Shown: positions 11,722-24,699, counted from the first letter of the whole stretch. The stretch: 56,870 nt of DNA, filler included, from Dirinaria sp. TL-2023a (GCA_051941275.1; 3 parts of 3 records of this genome joined end to end with filler, not necessarily neighbours in it), one strand, 5' to 3'. A program made the numbers and translations. Notes: generated from the sequence alone by a model not told the origin.

Positions 11722-12284
11722 ATGGAAACCAGTTTCCCTTATGCCCTATTTGATCTTGAGGGATGGTCTCCCAAGGTAAGTCCAGATTTATTCAAGCTGT
11801 CCCCACCACCGGACATCCTACCTTTCAATTAACATGGAAACATTAGCTCCTAGACTCCCTCCTCACCACAGCTAAAGAAGAGAGCACCGTGGATTTATGG
11901 ATGTGGTACCTCATGACCCCGGACTGGAACGAAGCGCCGAAACGATTGCCTTATCCGGCCCCCAAGGCCATGGGTACCGAAGCACCGATCGATGCATCAT
12001 TCACTTCTGCCTTTGCGGGCGGAAGCCTCGCCGATGTTGCCGGGTACCTGAGGAATAAACCGGAGATCGTGGATCTGGACCCGATCTATTTCGGGCTCTT
12101 GGATAAACAGGCGGATTGGGGGAAAGTTGTGGTCTGTAGACTTGCGGATCCGGAGAAGGAAGAGGATGGAGCTACTTGCCTTCTTCAAGAAGTGGGATAT
12201 AGCTCGCTGTTTTTGAGTGGATTGGACTCGACCCTTGATTGGAATGAGTTGATCCACTTGAACAGGTATTACCCTGTACTATGA
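11722..12284 (+). CDS. Hypothetical protein (2 exons: 11722-11775, 11847-12284)
   Basis: ATG-METSFPYALFDLEGWSPK, then GTAAGT donor (11776) and CATTAG acceptor (11846). This joins in frame to ORF 11889-12284. Confidence 0.65.
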
Positions 12285-12430
12285 TGCAGTCTTGTTCATT
12301 TTACTCTTTAGACCGTCAGCACAGTGCATTATGAGCAAATTCAGGTGGAGCTAAGCGAAGGCGCAAAGGGTGTATTCCTCTAACTTGATCATTTTCAGCA
12401 ATTCATGTTTTGCTGCTTCTTCAGATTATA

Positions 12431-13591
12431 TTACAAGAGATAAGAGACTATGAGCAGGCCTCCAGCAATCATCAATGCTTCTTTTTGCGGGTACATGGCG
12501 GAAAAAGCAGCACCTTGAAACGGTGTGATTGGGGGACCTTGAGTTCCGGTCGGCTGAGAAGTACCAGCAGAAGCGCTGCCGTAAGGAACAGTTGCGTTGG
12601 CCCGACATGAAGCTTGGCTCGCTGGTTGAGATCCACCGACTGGTACGCAGAGCTCTTCCACGATGAATAAAAGTTCTGTCCAGTCACGGTCAGCGTTGGC
12701 ATGCCAAAGTACGCGTACTGTGGAATCCGGTGACTCACGTGAGAGCTCGTCTTGATAATTCTCATTGGAACAAGTCTTCAGTTCACACTGGCCGGCGAGT
12801 TCATTCACAATTGGGCAGCGGCAGGTGCAATCTCTATCAGCGAGACCAGCGCAACCTGCAGCTCTCAAAGCAGGCGGGATGCATTTTTGCTAGTCATAAC
12901 ATTTAGTAATAAGTCCCTAGAGAGAAATGGAGTAAAGGCACGGTACATACAGCACATTTAGGGTATGTGCTGAGATCAGTGACATCGACTTTCTTGACCG
13001 TATCCAACGCAGCCCTCGTCGCTGATGCGATAGCTGCTGAGACCGATGATGATAGAGTCGCATTGGCTTTATAGAAGGGACCACATGCATCACGAGCCAA
13101 GGCTGCCGTTTCTGTCAAAAAATTAGCGAAAGTGACTTGATCGCAATGGCCATGAATGCAAGGATTATTAAGGAACCTGGATTTCCAACTAGGTTGGTGG
13201 CTCAACCAAGCTTCTATTCCTCGATTCGACGCGACGCTGTGCTCAGGGAGAGACCTACTCAGATAATCGGCATCGCTGCACGTCAAAGCCTCACAAGATG
13301 ATGCATTGCTTCTATTCTCGGGACCACAAAGGCAGAGGAAATCGGGTGTGCCGCAGCGAGGAGAAGGGGTCGGGTCACATTTGGCCTTAAAACCTGGGTC
13401 AACATAGGTTTCTCCCCACTTCAGGTCGGCCGTCTTACAGCGCATGCCGGGTAATTGCTCAGATTAGCGGCGTCAACACCAGTATCGTTGCCAGAGCCGG
13501 TGATTTGGACGGGATACGAGCCCTTGATCTGAGCGAACGCGCTTCTGCCAACGATGAGGCTGAAAATGAGTACAATGTTGAAGGTGTGCAT
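12431..13591 (-). CDS. GPI-anchored protein with two CFEM-like domains (multi-exon)
   Basis: Signal peptide MHTFNIVLIFSLIVGRSAFA (ATG 13591). Repeat 1: LSNYPACA|AKC...RCGTPDFLCLC...SCEALTC...C. Repeat 2: LSTYPKCA|QKC...GCAGLADRDCTC...QCELKTC...C. Hydrophobic C-terminus ALMIAGGLLIVSYLL. Canonical introns. Confidence 0.8.
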
Positions 13592-14471
13592 GATGAACAA
13601 ATCATCGTAAAGAAGGCATCATCAGATGCTTGGCTAGGTTCATCCAATAACTTATAGATTTTCGACCGTGTTGACATCTGACTAGTCGAAGGATTATTGT
13701 GCGCACTGAAGGATTGTGACTATTTGTTAGCTCGGAGCTGTTAGGGACATAGCGCGAAGTGAGAAATGAAAGACGGAAGAGCGTTGGCAGTAACGCACTG
13801 CCAATGTGCGTTATGGATCTCATGATTCCACATTGCGCGTCGAATAATATATGTCCTTGCAGACTGAAGTCCGGATTGTAAATTGGCGATGTCTAACGTC
13901 TAATGTGGACCGTTTCAATTTCGTTCAATCATTGCATGTCACGTGACAACTAATCCGCTTGAAAAGAGCAACAACGGCAAGAGTGAAGAGATCCGAACAG
14001 GAACTCGAGCGCCTCGAGCGGAATGATAGCGTGATATGATGTACGGAGCTTTTACCGTACCTGCATTTCCACCCCGCACTATTATTCAGACCAACTGTTG
14101 GTCTACAGTACAGGTTCTTTGCCTCGAGCAGACAGCGGATTCTCAGTCCGTCACTCTGTGCACAACATGTGCGACGAATGATCCTGGCCTTTCTTGTCGC
14201 AATCGTTCGGTGATGCTACAGCACGGCCCTCTCAACGCACAATGATATAAACATGCATCAAGTGTGGATCTTTCCACCAGAGACTGATAACAGCATTTAC
14301 ATATATACACCCTCAGGATGGTGGGCAGTGGACTTTACATTCGAAGTCAGGTAGTAGAGGAAGTTGGCCTGGCAGTTAGTAACGTGAGAGAGAGGCTCGT
14401 TGGACGAGGGCAATAATATTACTCTATAAAATTCCTCGGCACGCGCAGAGGATCTACGTTGAACCATTACC

Positions 14472-15226
14472 ATGAAGTTGCATTTGCCCACCATCTTCTT
14501 CCTCTCGGCATGCTCAGCGTTGACAACGCCCGTCTCCAACCTAGCAGGTACCGACGCTTTTCACCATCCATTTCCGCCCCAATCTCTGACATCTTGCTAG
14601 CTACTTCAGCCTCTGCCTCGCTCCCATCCTCGGGAACAACAATAACCATACTCCCCACCCAGCTCGTCCTTCCCTCCACAACCCTCACTCGCGCCGCTCC
14701 AGCCGCCACTCTTAACGGCACCCAGGTCTCCTTCGGCCTTTCCGCTCTCGTTCTGGGCACGCGCACCATCCCATACCCTGCCCCTGGCCCTGCAGTCCCA
14801 GTTCTTACTATCGCTAGCCAAGCCACCTTCGCCGCCGGCCCTGGAGGCATCATCCTCGGCGATACTGGCACCACGATCTCGAACAACGGCCCAGATGCCA
14901 CTGTTGGGGGGACGGAGGTCTCGCTAGGCAGCCAGGGGCTGGTGGTAGGAGGCACGAGCACACTGAGCATACCAACGGTACAGCCTTTGAGCAGCGTGTT
15001 TACCGTGGGCGGGACGCTGGTCACAGAGGAGTTTGGCCAGATTGTCTTCCCAGCGGCTACAGGAGCACAGAATGCATCAGGTGCTGGTGCGAGTACAGGC
15101 GCGGCGGCGACGAGGTCTGCGACGGCGGCTCAACCATTCCTGGGAGGGGCGGAAAGGGTCTCGGGACGTCATGGAGTGATGCTCGGGATCGCTGGGCTGG
15201 CGGTTGGTTTCATGGTGAGCTTGTAG
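14472..15226 (+). CDS. GPI-anchored T/G/S-rich cell-wall protein (2 exons: 14472-14547, 14601-15226)
   Basis: Signal peptide MKLHLPTIFFLSACSA; intron GTACCG...CTGAC...CTAG. Repeats of the type T-L/I-x3-P-x2-T-x2-GT-x-VS-F/L-G-x2-A/G-LV-x-G. C-terminal FLGGA...hydrophobic tail. Confidence 0.8.
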
Positions 15227-16391
15227 TGTTCAAACCGGGCTTGGGTCGATGTCTTGCAGGACGGTGGTAAGCAGGAGCCATACGAAGTCTTCACGTCCAG
15301 CGTTTTGAAACCCGCGAAAAGGCGAAACTCGAAGCGCGTTTGATGTGAGGAGACAAAATGAATTTTCCTCCAAAGTCAATCACGTTCGATAAGGTAGTTT
15401 CTGCTAAATCTTTGGCGCCGACTAGGTATAGGCCACCCTACAACTTGCTCGCACGCCATCCTTTGGACTTAATCAGGCAGGATCTATGCCCCAGCGGGTA
15501 ATCATCCGATTTTCTTTTTCTTTTTTTTCTTTTTTTAATTTTTTATTTTTATTTTTATTTTTTATTTTTTTTCCCTTTGTTTTCCATGTTTGGGTGACTT
15601 TGAGGAAGTTGTAAGACAGCAACGACCTTGTATTTTGCACCAAAAAGGGGCTCACACTTGGTAGGTGATAATTGCAGTATTTGATGGTATATTTGGTCCG
15701 ACAGAAGTCTACCATTGAACGATCACTATTCCTTTTTCTTTTTTTTCTCTCTCTCTCTCTTTCAAAACTTCTTAATGAACATGGAGTCAGTAAAAGCTTC
15801 AATTGAGTTCCAGAGAGGACTCTCTGAGTGTACATGGATCTGAAAAGAGCTCCAGTCCAAGTCTCGTCAAAAACTTCTACAACGCGGCGGCCCGAGGATT
15901 GATTGTTACCCGATTAGGTATAGATCGAACCTGAACAGGTCTAGTGGAAAAGGTGGTGTGCGAGCAAAGGGCCGAAGGTGGTGTCCATCCAGATGGCGCC
16001 TTTCTGACTTGGGTAATACGAACCCATCTACAACAACTAAGGCAGTTTTACGCAATCGGCTTCTGCCCATCGTGCATTACGCAATTCTGTACTTTGGTCA
16101 CGCCAAACATGAAATGACTGCATGTAGGTATACAAGGCTGCAGTACCTTCGAATCGGAAGATTTCCTCTCCTGGCTATATCAGCGCACTACCTGCTAGTC
16201 GATAGGCAGATCTAGCTATTATATGAAATTCATACAAGTCGTCTTCCAAGTCGTCTAGAATCACGTCATGGATTACGTTCGACCGAGATCCATATATGAA
16301 TACAGGATTTCTTTCGCCATGATGCAGTGTTCGTCTTACCCTGCATTCGATCAAATTCCGATTATTGCAATAACAGAAACATCACGCAAGG

Positions 16392-18196
16392 ATGCTTCGA
16401 TTCGTCGTTGTCTTGGCCATTGGCGTCACACTGCTGCCATCCATAGTAGCGCAGAACTCGACTGTCATATCCTTGGACCAGACGCCAAACAATACTCTCG
16501 AGGCAACTGCTTTTGCGCTCATCGTAAGTCCAGTCTGTTCGCATGTTCAAACTCAGAAGCAGCGCCATTCTTGATCTGACAGTGTTTTCAACGTACAGTA
16601 CGCGTTGCCACTGATCCAGCTGGTTAATCAGACAACTGCCGTATTCCAAGCTGTGAATGGAACAAACAAGATCAACAACCAGGACCAGCTTGCATCATTG
16701 AGCTCTGCAGCAGTCGTCAAACCAAATGTCGACACGCTTTATAGTCGTGTAATTGTCGATCTTTCGCAGAACGACCTCGAATTGAATATTCCCGTTATCA
16801 ATGACAGGTTCTGGATTTTTCCTTTCTACGACACGTAAATATTTCTTCTTTGCCGTCCACGATCATATATTGACGGCTCTAGGTTTGGTAACAACTATGC
16901 CAATCTTTCTCCCATCAACAACTCCCAGCCCGGATTATACCTTATTCGACGTGCTTCTGATGCCCTTGCTGCCCCTGGCGTCCAGCTCCTGAACTCAGAT
17001 GCCGCCAAGGCCTACTACCCCAAGTACACCGGTATCATCAACGCTCCCACCACCCACGGCACCGGACTCTTTCGCCTTCTTCTCAAATTCAACACCACCG
17101 ACAACCTAAACATCGTACACAGACTTCAAAACGCCACTACCCTCACCCCGGTCCCGCGCGCCATTGCGCAACCCAACACGCCTGCGTCTCCGCAGTGGAC
17201 GCCGGCATTCTTCAATCAGTCGTTCACTGGAACACCTCCGGAGCAGCTGTTACAACTACTCGCACGCGTAGCGCCATATAATCAGCCCCTAGCAGCTAGC
17301 GAGCGCTTTCGTGTTGCTTCTATCCTCGGCGATGCCGGTATTGTAGGTGGAAACTACTCCAGGCCAAGTAGTGTAAATATAACTCAAGCCTACGCGATAG
17401 CGAACGCGACCATCTCGCGAGATATCGCGGACAACAGCACCATCAATTTCTTGGCAAACGGCTGGCAGCTCCCTCGTCCGGATTACGCCGGGAATTTCGG
17501 CACCCATTACTCCCACCGCGCCTACATCGCCCGGACCGGCTACCAACAGCTCCTCACTTCCATCGTCCTGTACCCAGGCCTCAATGGCCCTGCCTTCGGT
17601 CCTTTCTCGATCGCGGGCAACAAATCCTTCCTGTATACTTGGTCCGGCAAGCCGCCCGTGAACACGGCGCTCAATGGCCAGCCAGACGTCGGCGGCTTCT
17701 GGTCTCTCACCTTCTACGGCGAAGACCAATACCTCATCCCGAACGCGCTGGGACGCTTCTCGGTCGGCGACAGACCCACGGGGCAAGGACCGAACGGGGG
17801 CGTGGAGCTGACGTATCCCGACGGCGCACCCATTTACGGTCCCAACAGCAGCTCGACGAGGGACGGGCCGTTCAAGCTGCTGGTCCAGCCTGCGAATGTG
17901 GTGCCCCCCGCGAATTGGACGAGTAATTGGTTGCCTGTGCCCAGCGGTGGCGGAAGCGGGAGTTTCATATGTGAGTTTTACACATGCGCCTTTTCCTGGG
18001 AGAAAAGAGTAGGAGGATAGGCTCCGTGGCTTGTAGCACGGCCACAGTGCCATACGGCGTGAACACTCGAAATATTTCGAACGCTGGCTAACGAGTACTT
18101 GGATTCGCAGTACGATTCTACGCTCCAAGCGACGCGTTGAGTAATGGCCAATATGTGTATCCGAAGGTCGAGACGATTGATTCGATTCGGGCATAG
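16392..18196 (+). CDS. Secreted DUF1254/DUF1214 domain protein (4 exons)
   Basis: Signal peptide MLRFVVVLAIGVTLLPSIVA. DUF1254 motif VVKPNVDTLYSRVIVDLS...RFWIFPFYD. DUF1214 motifs GFWSLTFYG, NWLPVP and LRFYAP. Introns start near 16524, 16835 and 17971. Confidence 0.85.
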
Positions 18197-18930
18197 GGGA
18201 AGCTGTAGCGACGACGGTTAAAAATTCCACTGATGAGGTTCCTTAATTAAAAAAGAGCTGCAAATATAAGAAGCGTATATGTATATATGTCCAGTTTCGG
18301 CTCATGTTTTTAAATTGAGAAAAGATGACTTGATTACCTAGATTGAGATAGCCGCGAATCTGGATTTTTCGACCCCCTCCCCCCGAAACTTTTAATCTAC
18401 TCTACAGCACAAAACTAGATCACAGCAATAGCACATACATGTCTCTCTAAACTGTTTACAATCATGAATCCTTGGAGGGCGATTCGTGGCATTTTTCTCC
18501 GCCACTTGTGAGAAAATGCCCCACATGAGCCCCGAATTTCGCTTTTTCTATTGAATCGCATCAAATCGCATCGAACCAGAGCTGTATTATAGCGATGATA
18601 TATAATCTTTTTCCCTTGAGGGTCGCTGAGAGAGAGAGGGAGCAAAAGTAGCATACCCCCCTTAAGCGCCCCAAGCGCGCTTTCACAATAATCCCAATAT
18701 ACTACTTTATATAGAGCAACTCACAAACCAAATACTCTCAACTATCAAATTCAATCCACATTTTTCATATTCATATTACCGATTCCCCCCCCGGGCCCTT
18801 TTTTTGTTTTTTTTTGCTTTTGAGAAATAATCTCCGGAGCAAAAATATCCGGAGGGTGTTTGCATGTATCCCAAATGGCGATGGTTTTATGGTTTAGATA
18901 TTTATTATGAGGGGGGTTCTGTGTAGATGG

Positions 18931-19030
18931 NNNNNNNNNNNNNNNNNNNNNNNNNNNNNNNNNNNNNNNNNNNNTTAATTAATTAANNNNNNNNNNNNNN
19001 NNNNNNNNNNNNNNNNNNNNNNNNNNNNNN
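18931..19030. other. Artificial contig linker (N44-TTAATTAATTAA-N44)
   Basis: Exactly 100 nt with a six-frame stop cassette; identical to 37943-38042. Confidence 0.98.
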
Positions 19031-19050
19031 CCCTCCCCCCTCCAACAAAA

Positions 19051-19200
19051 ATGGTAAAACGCAACATCGTGGTGGCGATCATAATAATCTGTCTCTTCGT
19101 GGTGCTGGCCATCGTCGGGTACGCGATCTACGCAGTGCAGGTGCGCGTCAGCCGGTTCAACCGGCAGGGCAGGATCAGTGATGAGGAGGATGAGGGATAA
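19051..19200 (+). CDS. 49-aa single-pass membrane microprotein
   Basis: CAAAAATGG start. Translation MVKRNIVVAIIIICLFVVLAIVGYAIYAVQVRVSRFNRQGRISDEEDEG*. GC3-rich codons. Below the 60-aa ORF-track cutoff. Confidence 0.65.
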   Translation: MVKRNIVVAIIIICLFVVLAIVGYAIYAVQVRVSRFNRQGRISDEEDEG

Positions 19201-19326
19201 GAGTTGGAAGGAGAGGAGGGATAGGGGGGAGGGGAGACATGGCTTTCTTGTTGGATAAGGTACTGGGGATATTGCAATTGGCATGTGCATAGCTGGGGTA
19301 TATTTTGGGATGTTTCTGGGAAATTA

Positions 19327-19358
<32 letters not shown>

Positions 19359-19645
19359 GAGAGTGAATAGAGTTGCATAAGGTAATCGGATGATGTATGG
19401 TATTGTTTGTACGCTGGGAAAACCACTTTGCTTTTTTTGAAACCGCACAAAAGGTAACTTAGGAAATTCCCTTTTGCAACAAGTTTTTTAAATCGCCCTT
19501 GCCATGGTTTCCCCCCCCGCTTATGGTGGATATCTTGATTTTTTTGATGTACAAAGTGTGAAAAAGGAGGCGATTACATCAATTGTTTACTACAGTGCTA
19601 CATGTTGGCAGAAACCGCACTTTCTCTCTCCGTGCCCCAGTATAT

Positions 19646-21280
19646 TCATCGTAGGCTATGGGCCTGGGAGATTCCATTAGGCCCATTATTGCCCATCATC
19701 GTATCTTGGGTTTCGGTCGGTTTCTCTTTGAGATTCGGATCGAGGGGATGATCCCGATGCATCAGCGGTGTAGGCTCGGTGTCGTCTTCTTCGCCCGGTG
19801 CGTCGACCAGATCCTCATCCTCGTCCAGGTCGTCCGCTTCGTTCTTCTTCTGTTCGACACGCATTTGCTGCTGCATCTGATGGTATACGCCGGTGTTATT
19901 GGTGTAGGACGGGCTGAGTGCGGATTGGAGGATCGAGGCGGTCTTGGGTGTGGGCGGGGCAGGTAGCGGACGCTGCTGAGCTCGGTCGAGCTGGATCCGA
20001 GTCCGCCATTTGGTGATGAGCTTGTCGTAGTCCCACGCCGCCAGATCAGTGGCGCTGTCGAAAGTCTGCAGAGCGGTCTGGTGCGAAAGAGGGAATGTAG
20101 ATGGGGCCTCGTTGAAATTCCGCTCGTTGAGCTCGGCCTGCAGGCTTTGCACTTCTCGTTCCAGCCGTTCCATCCGATCCCGCGTGTCTCGGTGTCGGTC
20201 TTGCTCGTGTGTCAATGCTGTGACACATTCCGAATGCCATCGTTCGTGCTTCTGTAATTCCGATAGGTTTTGCCACGATTGGAACACGTCGTTGAGATAT
20301 TGTGTGCAAGCCGCTTCATGTTCGTCGGCCTCGGGGTCGACCATGGACCACGCTGGAGCTTGGTCATCATGCCCATTCGTGGCCTCATGTTCTGTGGCGC
20401 GCACCATACCCAAAGCTTTCCTCCGGATCCTCCAGTCGCGTATTTTGGTGCTGAGCCATCTTCGTAACGCTTCAAGATGATATACTGTCGGCGGGTCGAT
20501 TGACCAAGACCGTTCTCTCGAAAATGTGGATCCGAACGAGAGCGACGGCGGTACCGATAGGCATCGTAAGCATATTGCGGGAAAAGAAAGATTGAAGAGG
20601 TTGAAGTCAAAAGGTGACTGGGGGTGTGCTCGCATACTAGACGCAGCGCATGGTGTTAGCACATAGGCCTGGAGACTACATCATTTGAGACAACCATACT
20701 TTGCAGCTTTAACACTAGCCAACACCTCTTTCAACGCGTATTCTGCTGCGCGGGCCCTGTCCTTCTCAGCTAGCGCCACCTCCTTCCGGCTCAGCTCTTC
20801 TTTGACCGACGTTCTTCTGGACGGATTTTTTTTGCTGTTGGGTGCCGGCGAGCCATCTTGTACTTCCGCCGGTAAGTCATTGATGACGCCGGTACTCGTC
20901 CAACACGGCTTCTGGGTAATCGTCTTCAGCGCTCCTCCATTGCGCTGACTCCGAGATGCGGCTGTCGCGGAAGCGGATGGAGAGCGTTGATCGCGTAGAG
21001 AAGTCGGCTTCGAGCTTGCCGGGGTCGAGTCTTCCCGCTTAGTTGAGGCAGTGCGTGCTTGACGCCGTGTGACGTTGCCCCTTAGCTTGCGGATCTCTTC
21101 GACATCGTGTACGCCGTCGGGTGCTTTTGGGTTCTTTTCTCGGATATAGAGATCAAGATGGCGGCCTAGAGAAGATGATGTGAATCGGGTATTGCAGAAG
21201 GGGCACTCGCGATCTTTGTCTGCGGTAGGTTTGGCCTGGGGAGACTCAACGGCTTCAGGGGTGGGGTGTGTCTCCGACAT
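19646..21280 (-). CDS. Conserved fungal hypothetical protein with N-terminal C2H2-like Zn finger and coiled coil (2 exons)
   Basis: CPFCNTRFTSSSLGRHLDLYI...DGVHDVEEIRKLRG in exon 1. Intron GTATGG...GCTAAC...CTAG (about 20699-20637). Coiled coil RMERLEREVQSLQAELNE in exon 2. Confidence 0.85.
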
Positions 21281-21779
21281 TGCGGAAACCTTGGTGGTGG
21301 TAGCTCGGCAGCTTCACAGCGAATTCTCGCACCCAAGACTCCGGCGATCACTGTATAGGTGCAACGATCAATGAGGAACAAGTGATCGGGGTTGGCGACA
21401 GGGAAGGTTAGGAGCATGAAAGGGGTCGTCGCATCGAGTCAGAGAGTCGGGCATTCACCTGAGCTCGCTTATTCAACCCAGCTAGGCCTAGTTAGAATGG
21501 AGGGTGCTAACAATAATGCGAAAAAGACGTGTGAGCTCGGCTCGGAGGCGCGGAAGATACCCTCATGATATTATTATTGATTATTATTTTTGTTATTATT
21601 ATTATTTCCAATTAAATTTTAATAGTGAGGTATCCAGAGGATCAGGCAAGGGGCAGCTTTTTCTGTTTACGGAATCCCAGAGCGAATTTTGGGGTGGCAC
21701 ACGGACCCGCTAGGACCCTTTCGTCTTCTCCTTACATTGGAGGTGGTTAGACTCAGAGCACTCCGTACAGAAAGGTCGT

Positions 21780-22277
21780 TGTGCATGTGTGTTGCGAAAT
21801 CTTGGCATCTCAAATTTCTTCCCTTCCCTCATGTACTTACATACTTTACGCAATTAACACTACCTTACTTACTGTCGTCTATCAATGTCTTTGTGCTCAA
21901 CTCGATGCTGAGAATTGCAAAGTCGTCTTCCTTGAGAGTCTTTGAAACACTCAACGATCGATCGATTTGACAGTGAGACTTTCATGATGAATCAATTCAA
22001 CAGCACTTGGCGAAAACGTTATTGGCTTGGATCTCGTTCTTTGACTAGAGAGGAACGGATATATTGAATCCTGAGGCAGCAAAAGATCGCAGGGTATTGA
22101 TAGATGAAAAAAAATTGTTGACACTGAGGGTGATGTGACAGAAGAAAAGTAGGGTGGTGTGGTGGTGACAGTGGGATTCACAACAAAAAGTTACCTTGTG
22201 ACTGCGCCTGTAGGGGAGGGAAGAAATTCGAGACGCCAAGATTTCGCATCATACAAGCACACGCCAAATGCGAAGCC
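21780..22277 (-). mobile_element. Family A TIR element copy 2
   Basis: TIRs: TGTGCATGTGTGTTGCGAAATCTTGGCATCTCAAATTTCTTCCCTTCCCT versus right-end reverse complement GGCTTCGCATTTGGCGTGTGCTTGTATGATGCGAAATCTTGGCGTCTCGAATTTCTTCCCTCCCCT. Interior homologous to 5985-6445. Confidence 0.8.
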
Positions 22278-22616
22278 GACGCATGAATCCAAATCCCTCG
22301 GAACCTAAGCTGCCACGGATGAAGATTCAGCTTGATACAAGACTGACACCGTCCCCTCCGTTTCAGAGCCGTTCCCCTCGCTCCTCTCCCCCCTGCAAAT
22401 CCCAAAGCTACTGTATTGAAAGTTGAAAATTTGAATAAACCCATGACCACGGATGTTTTGCCCGTATAAAAAGACGTCTCGTTACATATGTTCTCTCGAC
22501 CAATCGAAAGTATCCTGAGAGTTGCCTCGCTGGGTTGGAAAGGAGGCAACCGTAGGGTAATCCAGAGGCTGGTTGATGCTGAACGTGATTGAGAGGGTAC
22601 CATACACATCTCTAGC

Positions 22617-24699
22617 TTAGATCTTCGATCGAGCTGTGCTACCCGATTTGATGGCTTGGCCGAGATACTCTGCTAGCGCGAGCACCTTTTCTTCCTGTAA
22701 ACGGCGGCCGACAATCTGCAATGCGACGGGTGCCCCATCATTTATGTCCGGATTGTCTGTACCAAGTGTTGAGTCAGTGGGCTTGCATGCTTGAGAGCGT
22801 ACATACATGTCGCCATTATTTCTTTGTCCCTGTTATCGATTGGCTTAAATTCGTGGTCGATCACATCAATGCTCTTGTTGGCAACGCTAACTGGAAAGCT
22901 GCAGGAAGTATAGTCGAGCAAGTTGATGATTGAAGAGTACCCATAGTACTTGTACTCCTTTGGCCGTGCAGCAGCGAATGGAGCCAATGGCATAATCAGT
23001 GCGTCGACCGGCCTGTCAGTGCCCGTCTTCTCTTTGGTGGTATTCCAATAGTCCATATACTGCTTTTGATATTCCCGCTTCGCCACGTTGGTTGCCGCAA
23101 TCTCGGTGGCATTGTATTGCGGGAGCGGCTTGTCTCTATAGCGGACGGCGACGCTGGTGGCATTACCCATGTTAGTGTTTCAAGACTTGAGTAGCTTCTC
23201 GAGCTCCGAGAATTATCCATTGTATGGAAATACTTTCCGCATGGGAACACTCACTGCGGGAGAAGCGGCTCTCCTGAGAGACCAAGTGACTTGTGGATGT
23301 CCTCGCCTCCATCGTACGCCCAAGATGCCTCCTGTAGCCTATGAGTGGGAGTAAAGGTTAGGTTTTAGCTCACATACCACAAGTTTAATGCCAGTTCCAT
23401 GTGCAGGGGGCTGCCAATCGACAATCTATGACGATCTATCAACATGAATAGCGACATCAGGATCCCACATTACCTTATGCCCAAGTTGCTGAATCGTCTC
23501 CTGGACAAGGTCCATTGCCCTTCGCACTGGTGGGTGGGGAGTCACACTGCCGTCGTGTTTGAGGAAGCCGAATGCCAACTGCCCGGATCGATCGCTTGTA
23601 TTGTTGATCATCGTCAGTATTTGCCTTTCCTGCTCCTCTCGCCACGGGATCTCGTGCACAAGTGGATCATGAAGCCAGGGTTCTTGGCTCAAGAGAGCTC
23701 GAGTCACGAAGCGCAAGGATGCGGCTGAATGCGATAAAGGCCCAACTACTGAGAGTACTGTATTCTGGCCGTCCATAGAGTTGGCCATTCCTTCATATGG
23801 AAGACGGCCAGAGCTAGGACGAAGCCCGTACAAGCCGTTAAAGGCGGCAGGGATTCGAATGCTACCCCCAATATCCGTACCAAAACCCACTGGCGAGCCT
23901 TTGAGGCTGATCAACGCTCCCTCGCCCCCGGAGCTACCGCCGCTGCTGAGGTTGCGATTATTCGGGTTTGACGTATATCCAAGGATGTTGTTGACTGTTT
24001 CACCACACATCAAAGTATGGGGCACACTGGTCTTACAGAAGAGGACCGCTCCCAGGTTCCGCAGCTCCCTGACCATCTCACTCTCGAAGACCTTCTCACG
24101 CGCCGTGCCCTGTCTACCTTCAAAGGTACCGATCCACCCTTTCTGGCTTTAGCGAAGTGAAGTACCATAACAGATTTCGCCCGGGTTTTCATACCAACAT
24201 AACCCATTGATGTCTCTACACCCTTGACATGGAATTGATCTTTCAAGCTTACAGGCAGGCCGTGAAGGGGACCGATAGGCTTCTTGTACTGAGCAAAATA
24301 CTCATCCAACTTTTTTGCATCTTCGATCGCTGCGTCAAAGAAGGTCTCAAGTAGGCAATTCACCTTGTCTCAGGTCAGCAATCCATTACGAGAGTTCTGC
24401 TCTGCTCTTTGCCGTCGCACAAATTGATGAGCAAGGCTTGCGCGGTGGCAGAACGCTCTTGTGACGTCTTCAGCCGTCCACTCCCCCGAAGAAGTCTTCT
24501 TCACAATGTCAACGGCATCCTTCTCTGTGATGTTGATCTCATTTCTCGAGAGGTATCTGCAGATATAATCTCCAGTGACGTCTCGTTGCTGCTCTGCAGA
24601 GGGAAGTGGGGCGGTCAGCCATGATTTTGGTATCGAATCATGGATGGCATCGCGTTTCTCTTTTGCAATATCCTGCCATTCTCTACCCTGGGCAGCCAT
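22617..24699 (-). CDS. Amidase signature family enzyme (acetamidase/FAAH-like), multi-exon
   Basis: GPLHGLPVSLKD (catalytic Lys), GGSSGGEGA, GTDIGGSIRIPA (Ser-cisSer), C-terminal PVALQIVGRRLQEEKVL. Several canonical introns. Confidence 0.95.

Noticed and set aside
17289..18230. 313-aa minus-strand ORF, and similar antisense ORFs at 14467-15024 and 50877-51486
   Set aside because: Shadow ORFs opposite GC3-rich real genes, with no protein-like motifs.
18975..18986. TTAATTAATTAA palindrome repeated at 37987-37998
   Set aside because: Centred in identical N44 flanks; it is an artificial six-frame-stop linker, so no cross-contig gene cluster was inferred.
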